Source: Deltaproteobacteria bacterium (GTDB taxonomy: Bacteria; Myxococcota_A; Polyangia; Fen-1088). Taken from it: a stretch of DNA of 64,000 nucleotides. Of this stretch, positions 1 through 9,825 are shown in pieces. Each line of letters starts with the position of its first letter. The first letter of the stretch is position 1. Both the position numbers and the translations under genes were made by a program. The notes under the pieces were generated by a model, which saw nothing but the letters and a program-made list of their open reading frames with translations, searched no databases and was not told the DNA's origin. The DNA lies in assembly GCA_033763315.1 (NCBI GenBank), contig JANRKS010000034.1, forward strand, positions 256,001 through 320,000. The letters run 5' to 3'.

Positions 1-1271
1 CCACTCTTTTGACCTACGCCTCCGTCTTGGAGTCCCATTAGAAGTGACCCGTCCACCGTCGTGCGCAGCACATGAATGCCAAAGTCGGCTGGTTGATTTT
101 CAAGTTGTACGGGCGAGAAACGTTTGGCTTTCAGATCAAGCCTGACCAATCGGTTTATTAGGCCCGCCGCCCAGACGTCTCCGTCGGGGGTTATCGCGAC
201 GGTTCGCAAATCGATGTGCTTGAGGCCGTTTGTCGCATCAAAATTGTACACCCGGCCTTCTCTGTAGCTGGTCAAGCCATAGCCTTGCGTAAACCACACG
301 GTGCCGTCACTTGTGGTTGCTACCGAGAATGCAAAATCGCCATTGACGCCCTCCGCGCGCCCAAGATTGAACAAAGGCGGATCCAATCGAACCTGGGCGA
401 GTCCTTGCACGGTTCCCGCCCATAGACCCTGTGCATCGCGCATCATCGACGTGACGATCGGGTAGGGCATCCCTTCTCTCATGGCTAGCTCGTGGGTTGC
501 GTCGCCGCCGGAGAGTGGAAAAGCGCGAATGCCGTGATCCTGTGCTAGCCAAAGAAGCTGGTGGTCTTCGTCCACAAGGATGTGATAGGTGGCGATCGTC
601 GGATCGCCGTAGCTTTGTGATGCAATCGTCCCATCGGGCGTGAATGAATATAAGCTGCTCGTCTTCGCGGGAGACGTAACGACGGCGAACGCGCCTCCCG
701 TGGCTGACACCGCGACAAATCTGGTGGGCTCATTGAGGATGGTGCGTGCAACTCCGTCCCAGCGAATGAGACCTTGGTCAGTCGCCAGCCACACAATCTT
801 GTTGTGTCTGGCAACCTGGTGGGCCGACGCCTTGAATAGCAAACGCGGGGAACTTGGCGGCGCCCATGCGAACGTTCCGTCTGCAGTGGCGATGAAGACG
901 TCGTCTCCCTCTGCACCGACCAATGCCTTTGCACCAGGCATTGTGAAAGTTTGAACGGCGTGGGCCCGCACTTGGATTAGTGTGCCTTCCTCGCACAACG
1001 CGGATACGTAGCCGTTGGGGGCGGCAATGAGTTCTGTGCGGCAGTCGTGACGAAAGCACCACCAGTCAAAACCGTTGAAGCGGCACAATCCCATGTCGCC
1101 CGACGACCACAAAAACCCATCGCCGTCGATGGACGTAGCCACCACACCCGTTTGTTTCTCGTGCACCTTCACTTCACCCAGCAATGGCGCGTTGGCCAGC
1201 GCCGGCGGCGAAAGAAGCAATAGCGAACACACCAAACCTAATCCGACGCAGCCCAGCGCCTTCGCGTGCAT
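1..1271 (-). CDS. Beta-propeller (Reg_prop-type) sensor histidine kinase, N-terminal part; runs off the left window edge
   Basis: Absent from the ORF track. Manual translation from ATG 1271 gives MHAKALGCVGLGLVCSLLLLSPPALANAPLLGEVKV...DGDGFLWSSGDMGLCRFNGFDWWC; the same frame at the edge reads TVDGSLLMGLQDGGVGQKS. Both segments align with 60434..63337 (GSLWVISESGLCRFDGAEWEC; GPSGTLWMGLVNGGLGRKAG). Starts just after the response-regulator stop. Confidence 0.85.
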   Translation of the reverse strand, partial: MHAKALGCVGLGLVCSLLLLSPPALANAPLLGEVKVHEKQTGVVATSIDGDGFLWSSGDMGLCRFNGFDWWCFRHDCRTELIAAPNGYVSALCEEGTLIQVRAHAVQTFTMPGAKALVGAEGDDVFIATADGTFAWAPPSSPRLLFKASAHQVARHNKIVWLATDQGLIRWDGVARTILNEPTRFVAVSATGGAFAVVTSPAKTSSLYSFTPDGTIASQSYGDPTIATYHILVDEDHQLLWLAQDHGIRAFPLSGGDATHELAMREGMPYPIVTSMMRDAQGLWAGTVQGLAQVRLDPPLFNLGRAEGVNGDFAFSVATTSDGTVWFTQGYGLTSYREGRVYNFDATNGLKHIDLRTVAITPDGDVWAAGLINRLVRLDLKAKRFSPVQLENQPADFGIHVLRTTVDGSLLMGLQDGGVGQKS

Positions 1272-1276
1272 GCGCC

Positions 1277-1942
1277 TTAGTCCTTGTGGCGCTGGGGAAG
1301 TTCGATGATGCCCCGTTGCAGGGCGATCGTCACGGCGTGCGTGCGATCGGTGGCGCCTAGCTTTACGAACACGTTCGACATGTGGTTCTTCACTGTCTTC
1401 TCAGCGAGGCCGAGCGAACTTGCGATGTGCGCGTTCGAGAGGCCCTCGGACACGCCTTCGAGCACCTCTATCTCCCTCGCCGTTAGGTCAGATGAAGAGG
1501 CGCGCGCGCCCAAGCTCGCCACGGCACCTGCTGACAAATACTTTCCGCCGCGCGCCACACATCGGATCGCTTCTAACAGCACCACAGCGGGCGCCGACTT
1601 AAGAACGTAACCTCGCGCTCCAGCCGCCAAGCACGTTTCGATCGCTTTGTCGCCGTCTGCGCTCGATAACATCAAGACGCGCACGTCTGGAAAGCGTTCG
1701 CCCAACACCTGCACCCCGCTCAGACCGTCCATCTGTGGCAGTCGTAGATCCATCAACACGATCTGCGGATGATGTTGACTCACTGCTTCGAGGCCTTCGC
1801 GCGCTGTGGCAGCCGTTGCCACAATTCTCATATCATCCTGCGATGAGATGATGGCCGACAAGCCATCGCGCACCACAGCGTGATCGTCGACTAGCAAAAC
1901 GCTTATGCCTTTATCGTTCGCGGAACTCTTGTCGTCACCCAT
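1277..1942 (-). CDS. NarL/LuxR-family response regulator
   Basis: REC domain (LLVDDH, LMDLRLP, GYVLK) plus LuxR HTH (LTAREIEVL...GLSNAHIA...TVKNHMSN). Confidence 0.95.
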   Translation of the reverse strand: MGDDKSSANDKGISVLLVDDHAVVRDGLSAIISSQDDMRIVATAATAREGLEAVSQHHPQIVLMDLRLPQMDGLSGVQVLGERFPDVRVLMLSSADGDKAIETCLAAGARGYVLKSAPAVVLLEAIRCVARGGKYLSAGAVASLGARASSSDLTAREIEVLEGVSEGLSNAHIASSLGLAEKTVKNHMSNVFVKLGATDRTHAVTIALQRGIIELPQRHKD

Positions 1943-2024
1943 GGGACAGTCTCCTCACCTCTGCGGTTGCGTTCGCTTGACAGACACTCGGAATGTGAGC
2001 CGGAAAGTCTTGTCGTGCTCGTTT

Positions 2025-2046
2025 GGGGCCAAAGACCTATGTCCTT
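2025..2046 (+). promoter_or_regulatory. Putative NarL/DosR-type box
   Basis: GGGGCCAAAGACCT-ATGTCCTT in the divergent region between the response regulator and the 2157 gene; related copies at 5490, 5514, 5590, 46732 and 53514. Confidence 0.5.
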
Positions 2047-2156
2047 TCTGTTGCGAGCGAAGCCATATAAAGGGAACTCCTCTGAGCCGCACGAACTGCA
2101 TGCCAATCAGGAATGCGCTTCGGTCACGGCAAGAATCTTAGCGAAAGAAGTGCCCA

Positions 2157-3116
2157 ATGCGCCACAACGTATACCTGATCTTATCTCTGCTGACCGCGAC
2201 GTTATGTATGGGGAACTGCTCCAGCAGCTCGTCAAGCGATGATGGTGCAGGTGGCGACGGCGGTGGGTCTGCAAGCGGAGGTAAAGGCGGCGGAGGCGGT
2301 GGCAAAGGTGGCTCGGGTGGCAAAGGTGGCTCGGCTGGCACTGCTGCAGGCGGTGCAGGTGGTTCGTCTTCCACTGGCGGCAGTGCAGCGGGCAGTGGCG
2401 GTATGGCTGCAGGCGGTACCGCAGGATCGTCGATGGGCGGTGCGGCTGGCTCGTCGCCGATGCAGGGTGGCAGTGCCGGCACGCCGCCTGCGATCAGCGG
2501 TGATGGAGTGTTCTTCTCAGGTCGTGAGATGACCGTGTCAAAGCTCGTGGCTGGCGATGCGATGCCAGGCTACTTCTACGCAAGCCCCAGCGCTCCCGCG
2601 GGCGTCGTGGTGGAGACTGTGAGCGACCCCGCGTTGCCCGAAGGAACGAAGTACGCCGTTACGGCCACTTTAGATCCCTCCTTGGAAGGCAATTTCATTT
2701 TCGGATGGAACTTTAGGCAAAACACAGCGGATTTAAAGTGGAACTATTTCGATGCCAGCGCCTATGCCGGCCTTTCATTTTGGGTCAAGAGCGAGACCAC
2801 CGCGGCGGCTTTGGTGTTCACGGGTTACTTTCAGTACGACGCAAGGAACTTCACGCCCGCGTCGGAATACGGCGGTACTTGCAGCACCGAACCGTGCGCG
2901 GCTTTCACCGAATACCCCGCCGTGGTGGCACGCAAAGCGACGTGGACTCGCGTCGTACAAAAGTTCTCGTATCAAACGGCTGGTGAACCAATGCTCTCCG
3001 CGCTTGGCCGGATCGATCTGCTTCAACTTCGATTGGGCACCGGTGGACCGGCTGCAAAGGTCTTCGTTACTGGTCTACAATTGCTGAAGGAAGCTGACCT
3101 TCCGCCGTCCCCATAA
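2157..3116 (+). CDS. Secreted/lipoprotein with Gly-rich linker and CBM11/CIA30-like carbohydrate-binding domain
   Basis: Hydrophobic N-terminus with Cys, long GGxGG linker, motif YFDASAYAGLSFWVKS. Confidence 0.65.
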   Translation: MRHNVYLILSLLTATLCMGNCSSSSSSDDGAGGDGGGSASGGKGGGGGGKGGSGGKGGSAGTAAGGAGGSSSTGGSAAGSGGMAAGGTAGSSMGGAAGSSPMQGGSAGTPPAISGDGVFFSGREMTVSKLVAGDAMPGYFYASPSAPAGVVVETVSDPALPEGTKYAVTATLDPSLEGNFIFGWNFRQNTADLKWNYFDASAYAGLSFWVKSETTAAALVFTGYFQYDARNFTPASEYGGTCSTEPCAAFTEYPAVVARKATWTRVVQKFSYQTAGEPMLSALGRIDLLQLRLGTGGPAAKVFVTGLQLLKEADLPPSP

Positions 3117-3169
3117 GCCCAACGCGCTCGACCTGTTGGTTGTTGGTCCGTTAGCAAGAGGAGAAAGTA

Positions 3170-4219
3170 ATGCAGGCAGGGTGCGCTGTTTATGTCGCTG
3201 TTTGCTTTGCCTTTGTTGCCTGTTCCTCTGCACAGCAGAGCACAACGAACGGTGAGAATGAAGCCGGGTCTTCGCAAGCGGGCGCGGGTGGAGCGGGGCA
3301 AGGTGGTGAAGGCGACACCGCAGGCGCAGCAGGCCTACCGAACGATACAAACGGCGGGCGTGGTGGCTCTGCTGCCGGTGGTGCGCCCGCTGGTTCGGGC
3401 GGTGCCGCCGCTGGGGGCGGCGCTGCTGCAAATGCGGGCGGCACCGCAGGAAAGGCCGCCACCGGGGGCACTTCGGGTGCTCCCGGGAGCGACTGCGGTA
3501 AGCTTGCCGACTGCGACACTTTCGAAAGCTACACGCCTGGAAGCCGCCCTGGTGGCCCTTGGACCGGATTCGAGACAACCAACGGGAGCGTCACCGTCGA
3601 CGAAACACGCGCATTCAGGGGAAGCAAACGTTCCGTCAAGATCTCGATCAACCCCGCCGCCGAGATGACCGCTCGCATGCGGCATGCAGGCACTGGTCTG
3701 CTGCCCGCGGACGAGATCTTCATGCGTATGATGGTATGGATGGATGCCCCGCCGCGTGGTTCGGGCCACTGGAACTGGATGTGGGGCGAAGGCACCGTGA
3801 CTCAGAAGAGTGGCGGCAAATTGATTAATGCATTTATCGCGTCGGGCGGCAGTCTGAGCGGCGGCACCTGGATGCTCTACGGCGGATCTGCCAACAACGG
3901 GTTTCAAGATTGCTTCGCACAAGCCAGTACAGCCTTTCCTGTAGGGCGCTGGGTTTGTTACGAAGCGCACTTCAACGGAAAATCAAACTCAGCCGAAACG
4001 TGGATCGACGGAAAGCGAGACGAGCTGCTCAGCGTTGAGGATGCGCAACCATTAACGGGGCAGTGCGTGCCGGGATTCAACTACACAAACAACTTGTGGT
4101 ACATCCCGCGCATCGAGAAGGCGTTCTTCGGATTCAAGGTCTATCACACGCTCAACGCTTCAGCGACCGCCTGGATTGACGACGTTGCGATTTCCACCAC
4201 GCGCATCGGCTGCCCGTAA
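3170..4219 (+). CDS. Lipoprotein with Gly-rich linker and Cip1-like (polysaccharide-lyase-like jelly roll) domain
   Basis: Lipobox FVAC; CDTFES, VTVDETRAFRG, PVGRWVCYE and C-terminal WIDDVAISTTRIGC resemble Cip1-like cores. Confidence 0.7.
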   Translation: MQAGCAVYVAVCFAFVACSSAQQSTTNGENEAGSSQAGAGGAGQGGEGDTAGAAGLPNDTNGGRGGSAAGGAPAGSGGAAAGGGAAANAGGTAGKAATGGTSGAPGSDCGKLADCDTFESYTPGSRPGGPWTGFETTNGSVTVDETRAFRGSKRSVKISINPAAEMTARMRHAGTGLLPADEIFMRMMVWMDAPPRGSGHWNWMWGEGTVTQKSGGKLINAFIASGGSLSGGTWMLYGGSANNGFQDCFAQASTAFPVGRWVCYEAHFNGKSNSAETWIDGKRDELLSVEDAQPLTGQCVPGFNYTNNLWYIPRIEKAFFGFKVYHTLNASATAWIDDVAISTTRIGCP

Positions 4220-4283
4220 AGTCAGATTCACGCGCTCGTAAGGCTTTGCGGTCAGTCAATCACGAGTACAATTTGAGGGCTGC

Positions 4284-5156
4284 ATGTCCCCCAATTCGCG
4301 TCCGAAGATCAAATGTCTGGCGGCGTTCATTCACTTTGGCCTGCTTTCATTCTTCATTGCGTGTTCAACAGGTGCCGGCAAAGGGAGAACGGCCGCTCGA
4401 AACGAGCTTGAGCAACCGACGGGTGGGATGTTGACAGGCGTTGTGCCCTGCTCACGGCCGCCAGGGTTCTGGCCGTTCGCAACGGACGGAGCCGTATCTC
4501 TTACGTATGATGACGCTTTGAAAAGTCCTGTGCGCCATGCGTTGCCCGCGCTTGATGCCCACGGCTTTAAGGCTACGTTCTTCCTGACGACCGGTAAGCG
4601 TTGGGAGCCAGCGCTTTGGAAACCCTTGGCGCGAAACGGGCACGAACTCGCCTCCCATTCCGTCACCCACAACTCGACCCTTACGCGAGCGGCGATGGAG
4701 CAAGAGGTTGTGACCAGCCTGGCATCCATTGCGGCCTTGGAGGCAACACAGCCTCACTTTAGCTTCGCGTATCCGAATGGGCAGCCAAACGGCGCAGATG
4801 GCTCTTACGAACCCGTCGTTCTGCGACACGCGCTGGCGGCCCGCGGGCTCAACGGCGCCTCTTTGGCGTTGGGGACGCCTGTTGATTACGGAAACATCCC
4901 CGCGCGCATCTTGGGCGCCAGCGATGATCTAGTGGCCATCATCCACGAGACGTTGGAGCGACACCAGTGGACCGTGTTTGTGGTGCATGGCATTGAGGAC
5001 GATCTCTATCTCAACATTCCGAAAAAGAAGCACGACGAGCTCGTGGCGCTGTTGGCGCGGAAGAATGTTTGGGTCGCTCCGTTTATCACTGTCGCGGACT
5101 ACTTAAAGAGATGCCAGGCGCGCGTCAGCGAAGTGGCGGGCGATGCATCTGGATGA
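4284..5156 (+). CDS. Polysaccharide deacetylase (NodB/CE4) lipoprotein
   Basis: VSLTYDD, ATFF, GHELASHSVTH, FAYPNG motifs; lipobox FIAC. Confidence 0.9.
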   Translation: MSPNSRPKIKCLAAFIHFGLLSFFIACSTGAGKGRTAARNELEQPTGGMLTGVVPCSRPPGFWPFATDGAVSLTYDDALKSPVRHALPALDAHGFKATFFLTTGKRWEPALWKPLARNGHELASHSVTHNSTLTRAAMEQEVVTSLASIAALEATQPHFSFAYPNGQPNGADGSYEPVVLRHALAARGLNGASLALGTPVDYGNIPARILGASDDLVAIIHETLERHQWTVFVVHGIEDDLYLNIPKKKHDELVALLARKNVWVAPFITVADYLKRCQARVSEVAGDASG

Positions 5157-5489
5157 ACTGTATCGCGGGTGCAGAATCCCCCGTGGCTGTAAGGCTAACG
5201 TCGATGACGTAATACCCCAACCTGTTCGCGACGCTCGGGATCTGAGCGTAACTCTCTCTTGTCCTCCGAGGCTCCACCATTGACAGTCACGTGATGTGTC
5301 TGTTGCATGATCTCGGTTGTTGTTCGTCGCCGCACCAACTGCATGATGGCGTCGTACTCGAGATAATTCCCAGCCGTGTAGCTGTGGTAGATCATGAGGT
5401 CCGGATACCAAGGATTTGGCATGGGGCCGATGGCGGCAAGAGCGACGAACGGCATTGAGTAAGGATAACTGAGTGCGTTCACGAAACGA

Positions 5490-5603
5490 AGGACCAAAGA
5501 CCTCGACGGCAAGGTGCCGAAAGGCCCATGTCGCCTAGGTCGTTCACGGGCCCACGAAACGTCGACCCGGGTCATGTGTCGACGGGCCTAGGCCTTGGGT
5601 CCC
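5490..5603. promoter_or_regulatory. Cluster of three NarL/DosR-like boxes
   Basis: AGGACCAAAGACCT (5490-5503), GTGCCGAAAGGCCC-ATGTC (from 5514) and AGGCCTTGGGTCCC (5590-5603), upstream of the ECF sigma gene. Confidence 0.45.
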
Positions 5604-5717
5604 TATCGTTGAGCAAACGCGACGCCTAACATGTGTTGAAGGGCGCCTATGCGAACGCATTGGGGACCATGGAGGCATTCCGATGTCATCGCCCGACGTC
5701 ATAAACGTTGAGATGCC

Positions 5718-6431
5718 ATGATACGACCGCTCAATGCTCGTCGCTCGTCGCCATCCATTTGCAGTATGGAGATGGAGAAAGCGGCAGTGGCCACCAGACT
5801 TGATTTTCTCGTGCGCGCCGTGCGCGCCGGGGACTCCCGACGTTTCAGCGAAGTGGTTTCGCTGCTGCAAACGGGAGTGCGAAGCATTTTGGCGGTGATG
5901 ATCCCCGACACAAGCCTCGTCCCCGACCTTGCGCACGAAACCTTCGTTGTGGCCTACATGAAGCTAGACGAGTATCAAGAAGGCACTGACTTTCCGGCTT
6001 GGGTAAAGGCCATAGCCCGCAACCTTGCCAGCAATGAGCGGCGTCGGTGGATTCGGGAGCGGCGCTTTTCTTCACGCTACGCCACCGCCATCGAGAACGG
6101 CATCGTCGGCCCCATGTTCGATGAGCTGACAGAGAAACTAGAGCTTGAACAACAGACACAACTTTTGGCGTCGTTGAATGAGTGTTTAGCGGAGCTTTCG
6201 CCAGGGGCGAGGAAGACGGTCGAGCTGTTCTATTTGAAAGGCCAGTCCGTGGCCGATATCGCCGCCAGCAGCGGACGCTCAACAGGGGCCACCAAGTCCC
6301 AGTTGTTTCGCGCCCGTGCGGCTTTGGCCGAATGCTTAGCGGCGAAAGGATGGTTACGACTGGTCAAAAACGGACGGGTGCAAACCCCAAAGGTGGTTCA
6401 AGGTCGGAACGGGCACTTGAAGGTCTATTGA
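5718..6431 (+). CDS. ECF sigma-70 factor (start may be 5766)
   Basis: Region 2 DLAHETFVVAY...FPAWVKAIARN; region 4 LFYLKGQSVADIA...KSQLFRARAALAECL. Confidence 0.9.
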   Translation: MIRPLNARRSSPSICSMEMEKAAVATRLDFLVRAVRAGDSRRFSEVVSLLQTGVRSILAVMIPDTSLVPDLAHETFVVAYMKLDEYQEGTDFPAWVKAIARNLASNERRRWIRERRFSSRYATAIENGIVGPMFDELTEKLELEQQTQLLASLNECLAELSPGARKTVELFYLKGQSVADIAASSGRSTGATKSQLFRARAALAECLAAKGWLRLVKNGRVQTPKVVQGRNGHLKVY

Positions 6432-6510
6432 TCAAGGCCTGCGAGGGTTCCCTATATGAAGAGAACCATCTTTGATTGTCTGAACAACACTATCGCCAGG
6501 TTGGGACATT

Positions 6511-7932
6511 TCAGCTTCCTAAAAGATCGGAATCGAGATTGCCCGTTGAGTATTTAGGGTTGCCGAACTTTGTGGCGGCCATGATGCCCATGGCGTGCTG
6601 AAACGTGACGAAGAGATTGTTGTGAGGCACATTTTTCGCCGTAAAAAGCCGCCCCGTGCGGAACATCTTGCCCCCCGCGCCGCTGGCTACAACCCATGGA
6701 TAGTTATCGCGCGAGTGGATGTTTCCCTTGCCAAGCTCATTGACCCAAACAACCGTCGTGTGATCGAACAGGTTGCCGTCGCCTTCGGGCACTGCCTTCA
6801 ATCGCTCTATGAGCCCAGCGAACTGCTGCGCGTACCAAGTGTTGATCTTCACCAGGTTCGCTCGCGCGGTGGCGTCCGAGTCTCCCGCGTGAGAAATGTC
6901 GTGATGCTGCTCAGCGATGTTTAGCCAAGGGAATGTGAGATAACTCTCAGCAAACGACCATTGCAGGCTTGCCACGCGGGTGAGATCACATGCAAGCGCC
7001 ATCGTGAGCAGGTCCATTTGCAGCTTCCCTACGGCTTCGTAGTTCTTGGCCGATCGAAAATCAATCGTGGGCGGTGTGTTTGGCTTTTTGCATGCGTTGG
7101 GCATCGATCCCTTTGGATCGCCACCCGGCTGCAGTTGTCGCTCAATGCCCCGCAAGGAATCTAGGTGCGCTTCTATCTTCCGGCGATCGGCAGCACCCAG
7201 CCGTTGGCTCAGCGTCTGGTAGTCAGGAAGCACCAAGTCAAGCACCGATTTGCGCTGTGCCCTTAGAACATCTGCCGCTTGCCGTGCCGCGTCCGCCGTC
7301 GGATCGTTCGCTGTGGTCAATTCCCCAAACACGCGGCGAAACATGGCCGCTGGATCACTTTCGGGTGGCAGCCGCTTGAAGGAACCCTCGTAACACATCG
7401 CGGCCGCCATGTGTAAGACGGCCACGGGAAGCGACACCACGCCAAACTCAAGTGAACGGAATTTTGTGGTTGTTCCAATCGTCTTTGCGATCTCCTGATC
7501 AATCGAGGGACCGCCTGCCGATCCATCCACGAGATGCCCATTGGCGCCGGTGCCGCCGGGGCCCACAACAAGGTCAGTGCAGGTCAATAAATGTCCCATG
7601 GCAACGTCGTGCGGGTTGTCGCCGGGACCCGAATTTCCCGATAGGCCGTGCACACCTTGCAGCAGCAAGAGTTCATTCTTGTGCGCCTCGAGCGGTGACA
7701 GGATGGGGCCCATCTTGAAGGATGAATCAGGGAGCCAGTCTTTTGCCACGGTGCCGTTGGCGCTGAAGAACAGAACGAAGCGACGAGGAAAACCGCCGAC
7801 CGCATGCATGGGATCAAGCGTCGCCGCGTAAGCCTTGCGTGACGGCGCCATCGCATCGAGAAATGGCAGCGCAATGGCGATGCCGCCTGCGCCTCGAAGC
7901 ACCGTGCGGCGGTCAAGAATGTGGCGGCTCAT
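6511..7932 (-). CDS. DUF1552 family Tat-exported protein (pair 1)
   Basis: Likely start MSRHILDRRTVLRG (twin Arg), ATGA overlap with the upstream gene; SIDQEIA, RKSVLD, ALACDLTRVASLQW, HHDISH. Confidence 0.9.
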   Translation of the reverse strand: MSRHILDRRTVLRGAGGIAIALPFLDAMAPSRKAYAATLDPMHAVGGFPRRFVLFFSANGTVAKDWLPDSSFKMGPILSPLEAHKNELLLLQGVHGLSGNSGPGDNPHDVAMGHLLTCTDLVVGPGGTGANGHLVDGSAGGPSIDQEIAKTIGTTTKFRSLEFGVVSLPVAVLHMAAAMCYEGSFKRLPPESDPAAMFRRVFGELTTANDPTADAARQAADVLRAQRKSVLDLVLPDYQTLSQRLGAADRRKIEAHLDSLRGIERQLQPGGDPKGSMPNACKKPNTPPTIDFRSAKNYEAVGKLQMDLLTMALACDLTRVASLQWSFAESYLTFPWLNIAEQHHDISHAGDSDATARANLVKINTWYAQQFAGLIERLKAVPEGDGNLFDHTTVVWVNELGKGNIHSRDNYPWVVASGAGGKMFRTGRLFTAKNVPHNNLFVTFQHAMGIMAATKFGNPKYSTGNLDSDLLGS

Positions 7933-9596
7933 AGTTTGTCTCCTTCGTTTTGAATTCGTCGGTATCGAAACGCATCTGTGTTTACCGTTCCTGCGATCAG
8001 CTCGCGCAGGCTGCCGTGGCCCGCCGCCTGCGCCTTTGCGAGCCGATCCAAATCGCATGTATCGGCTTGCGTTTCCGCGCGTCCCATGGCGAACCGGAAC
8101 CACTGCGAAACCGCGCAAGCACTCACCTGAGCGCTGGTCCCCAACTTGCGCCCCAAAGCGAGCGCGCCCACGAACGGTCCGTCGACGTCGGTTTGGACGA
8201 GCTCTCCGCTCGCATCCACAGGCCGCCCGCCCTCCAGGCTGCGCCAATGGCCTACGCCGTCATAGTTCTCGAATGCCAGGCCCAATGGATCCATCAGCTG
8301 GTGGCAAGGACGACAGGCCGGATCAGTTGCGTGCTGTGTGAAGCGCTCCCGCGTGGTGAGCTTCGGATCAAGATCGGGCGGTTTGATGTTCAAATTGGCG
8401 GGCGGCGCGGGTGGGTGTGTACACAAGAGTGCCTCACGAACGAACTTGCCCCGCGCCACGGGTGAGCTTTGATTCGTTTTTGCATGCACCGAAAGCAACC
8501 CAGCCTGTGTGAGCAACCCACCTCGCTGTGCGGGATTCAGCGAAACCTTCTGGAAAGCATCGCCCGTGGGGCCGCCTTCGAGGCCATAGAACTGCGCGAG
8601 CCGCTTATTAACGAATGTGTATGGCGCCGTGAGCAGCGTGCCTATCGTTCCGTCGCCCTTCCAGATCGCCTCGGTCACGAATTGGTCTTGTTCTTCGCGC
8701 AAGAGGGGCAAGAGGTCGGACGTGAAAGCGGGGTAAACGGCGGTGTCCTTTTCAACCAGGTCAAGCCGGCTGACACCAAGCCATTGCGCAAAGAAGTGAT
8801 GGACGGTTGCCTGCGCGCGCGGATGAGCGAGCATGCGATCCACTTGCTGCCCAAGGCCAGCCGGCGTCGCCAGTTTGCCCTGTTCAGCTGCCTTGAAGAG
8901 TTCGGCGTCGGGCATGGTGCCCCACAAAAGATAAGACAGCCGAGAGGCCATCTCCCAGTCATCTGGGGCAACCACGCCTTCGCTAACGGTGACGGCACTG
9001 GTCTCGACCCGGTACAAGAAGTGAGGGGACGCCATTAGCGCGTGCAGCAAAAGCTCAAGTGTTTTTGTGTGATCGTTGGTGGCGCGTAAGGTCTTATAGG
9101 CACTGTCAAAACGACCGACTTCCGCCGCGGCCAGCGGTCGACGCCAAACGCGGCGGCCGACTTGTTGAACGAATGAGGTGCCACACGTTGCCTCTGCGGT
9201 CTTGGAGGTGTCGCAGCTAAAGAACGTGGACAGCTTTTTCATCGCGCGTGCCGCGATTTGCTCCGCGGCGGTGAAATACGATTCGGCCAGCAGCGGGCTT
9301 GTGCCAAATGATTCGGCCGCGTTGTCGAAACCGTACGGCGCTTCTTCTGTGGGGAAACCGGCAGCAGGTTTCGTTGTGTCGCCGAACAGATCCTCCAGCG
9401 TGCGATCGAACTCGAAGCGCGTCAGCCTGCGCAGCGGTGAGCTTGCTGGCATTGGGCTTTTGCACGTGACGGCCTGACCGCCGCCGTTCGACGACGAGGA
9501 GGAGGGGCGGTCGGGCGCGCCAGGGTTCTGACCGATTGCCCCGGTGCAGTTGACGCAAGCAGCGAACAGAACGACGAGCGCGACATGCTTAGCCAT
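7929..9596 (-). CDS. DUF1592/DUF1588/DUF1595/DUF1587/DUF1585 lipoprotein with haem-c-like CxxCH (pair 1)
   Basis: LRRLTRFE, SPHFLYRVE, EMASRLSYLLWGTMPD, RGGLLTQ, SPVARG, CRPCH; start taken at MAKHVALVV. Confidence 0.9.
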   Translation of the reverse strand: MAKHVALVVLFAACVNCTGAIGQNPGAPDRPSSSSSNGGGQAVTCKSPMPASSPLRRLTRFEFDRTLEDLFGDTTKPAAGFPTEEAPYGFDNAAESFGTSPLLAESYFTAAEQIAARAMKKLSTFFSCDTSKTAEATCGTSFVQQVGRRVWRRPLAAAEVGRFDSAYKTLRATNDHTKTLELLLHALMASPHFLYRVETSAVTVSEGVVAPDDWEMASRLSYLLWGTMPDAELFKAAEQGKLATPAGLGQQVDRMLAHPRAQATVHHFFAQWLGVSRLDLVEKDTAVYPAFTSDLLPLLREEQDQFVTEAIWKGDGTIGTLLTAPYTFVNKRLAQFYGLEGGPTGDAFQKVSLNPAQRGGLLTQAGLLSVHAKTNQSSPVARGKFVREALLCTHPPAPPANLNIKPPDLDPKLTTRERFTQHATDPACRPCHQLMDPLGLAFENYDGVGHWRSLEGGRPVDASGELVQTDVDGPFVGALALGRKLGTSAQVSACAVSQWFRFAMGRAETQADTCDLDRLAKAQAAGHGSLRELIAGTVNTDAFRYRRIQNEGDKL

Positions 9597-9825
9597 AAAA
9601 CCAAATGTCCGACGCACGCCCCAGGTTTCGTTCTTTTCCTTCCAGCAGAGGTTACACAGCAACGACTACGGCCCGGATGATGACAATGGCCAACTTGCGC
9701 GCAACAATTTCCCCGCAAAGCGATGGGTGTGCCTCGAATGCAAGTCCCCATCTCCGTGATGTCGGAGCATGGCATTAACCACTGGAAGTATGGTCAGCAG
9801 TGGCTCACGGCGGGCGCCAGGAAGC

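Noticed and set aside
2230-2480. GGT/GGC-rich repetitive stretch (also near 3270-3490 and 26860-27080)
   Set aside because: Encodes Gly/Ala linkers of lipoproteins; no repeat-spacer structure, so not CRISPR or a true tandem repeat.
5195-5575. 126-aa minus-strand ORF
   Set aside because: No recognisable family; its 5' part overlaps the putative regulator boxes. It may be a relic but I cannot support it.
7933-8247. N-terminal extension of the DUF1552 ORF in the track
   Set aside because: Overlaps the DUF1592 gene; the twin-Arg start at 7932 with ATGA coupling fits better.
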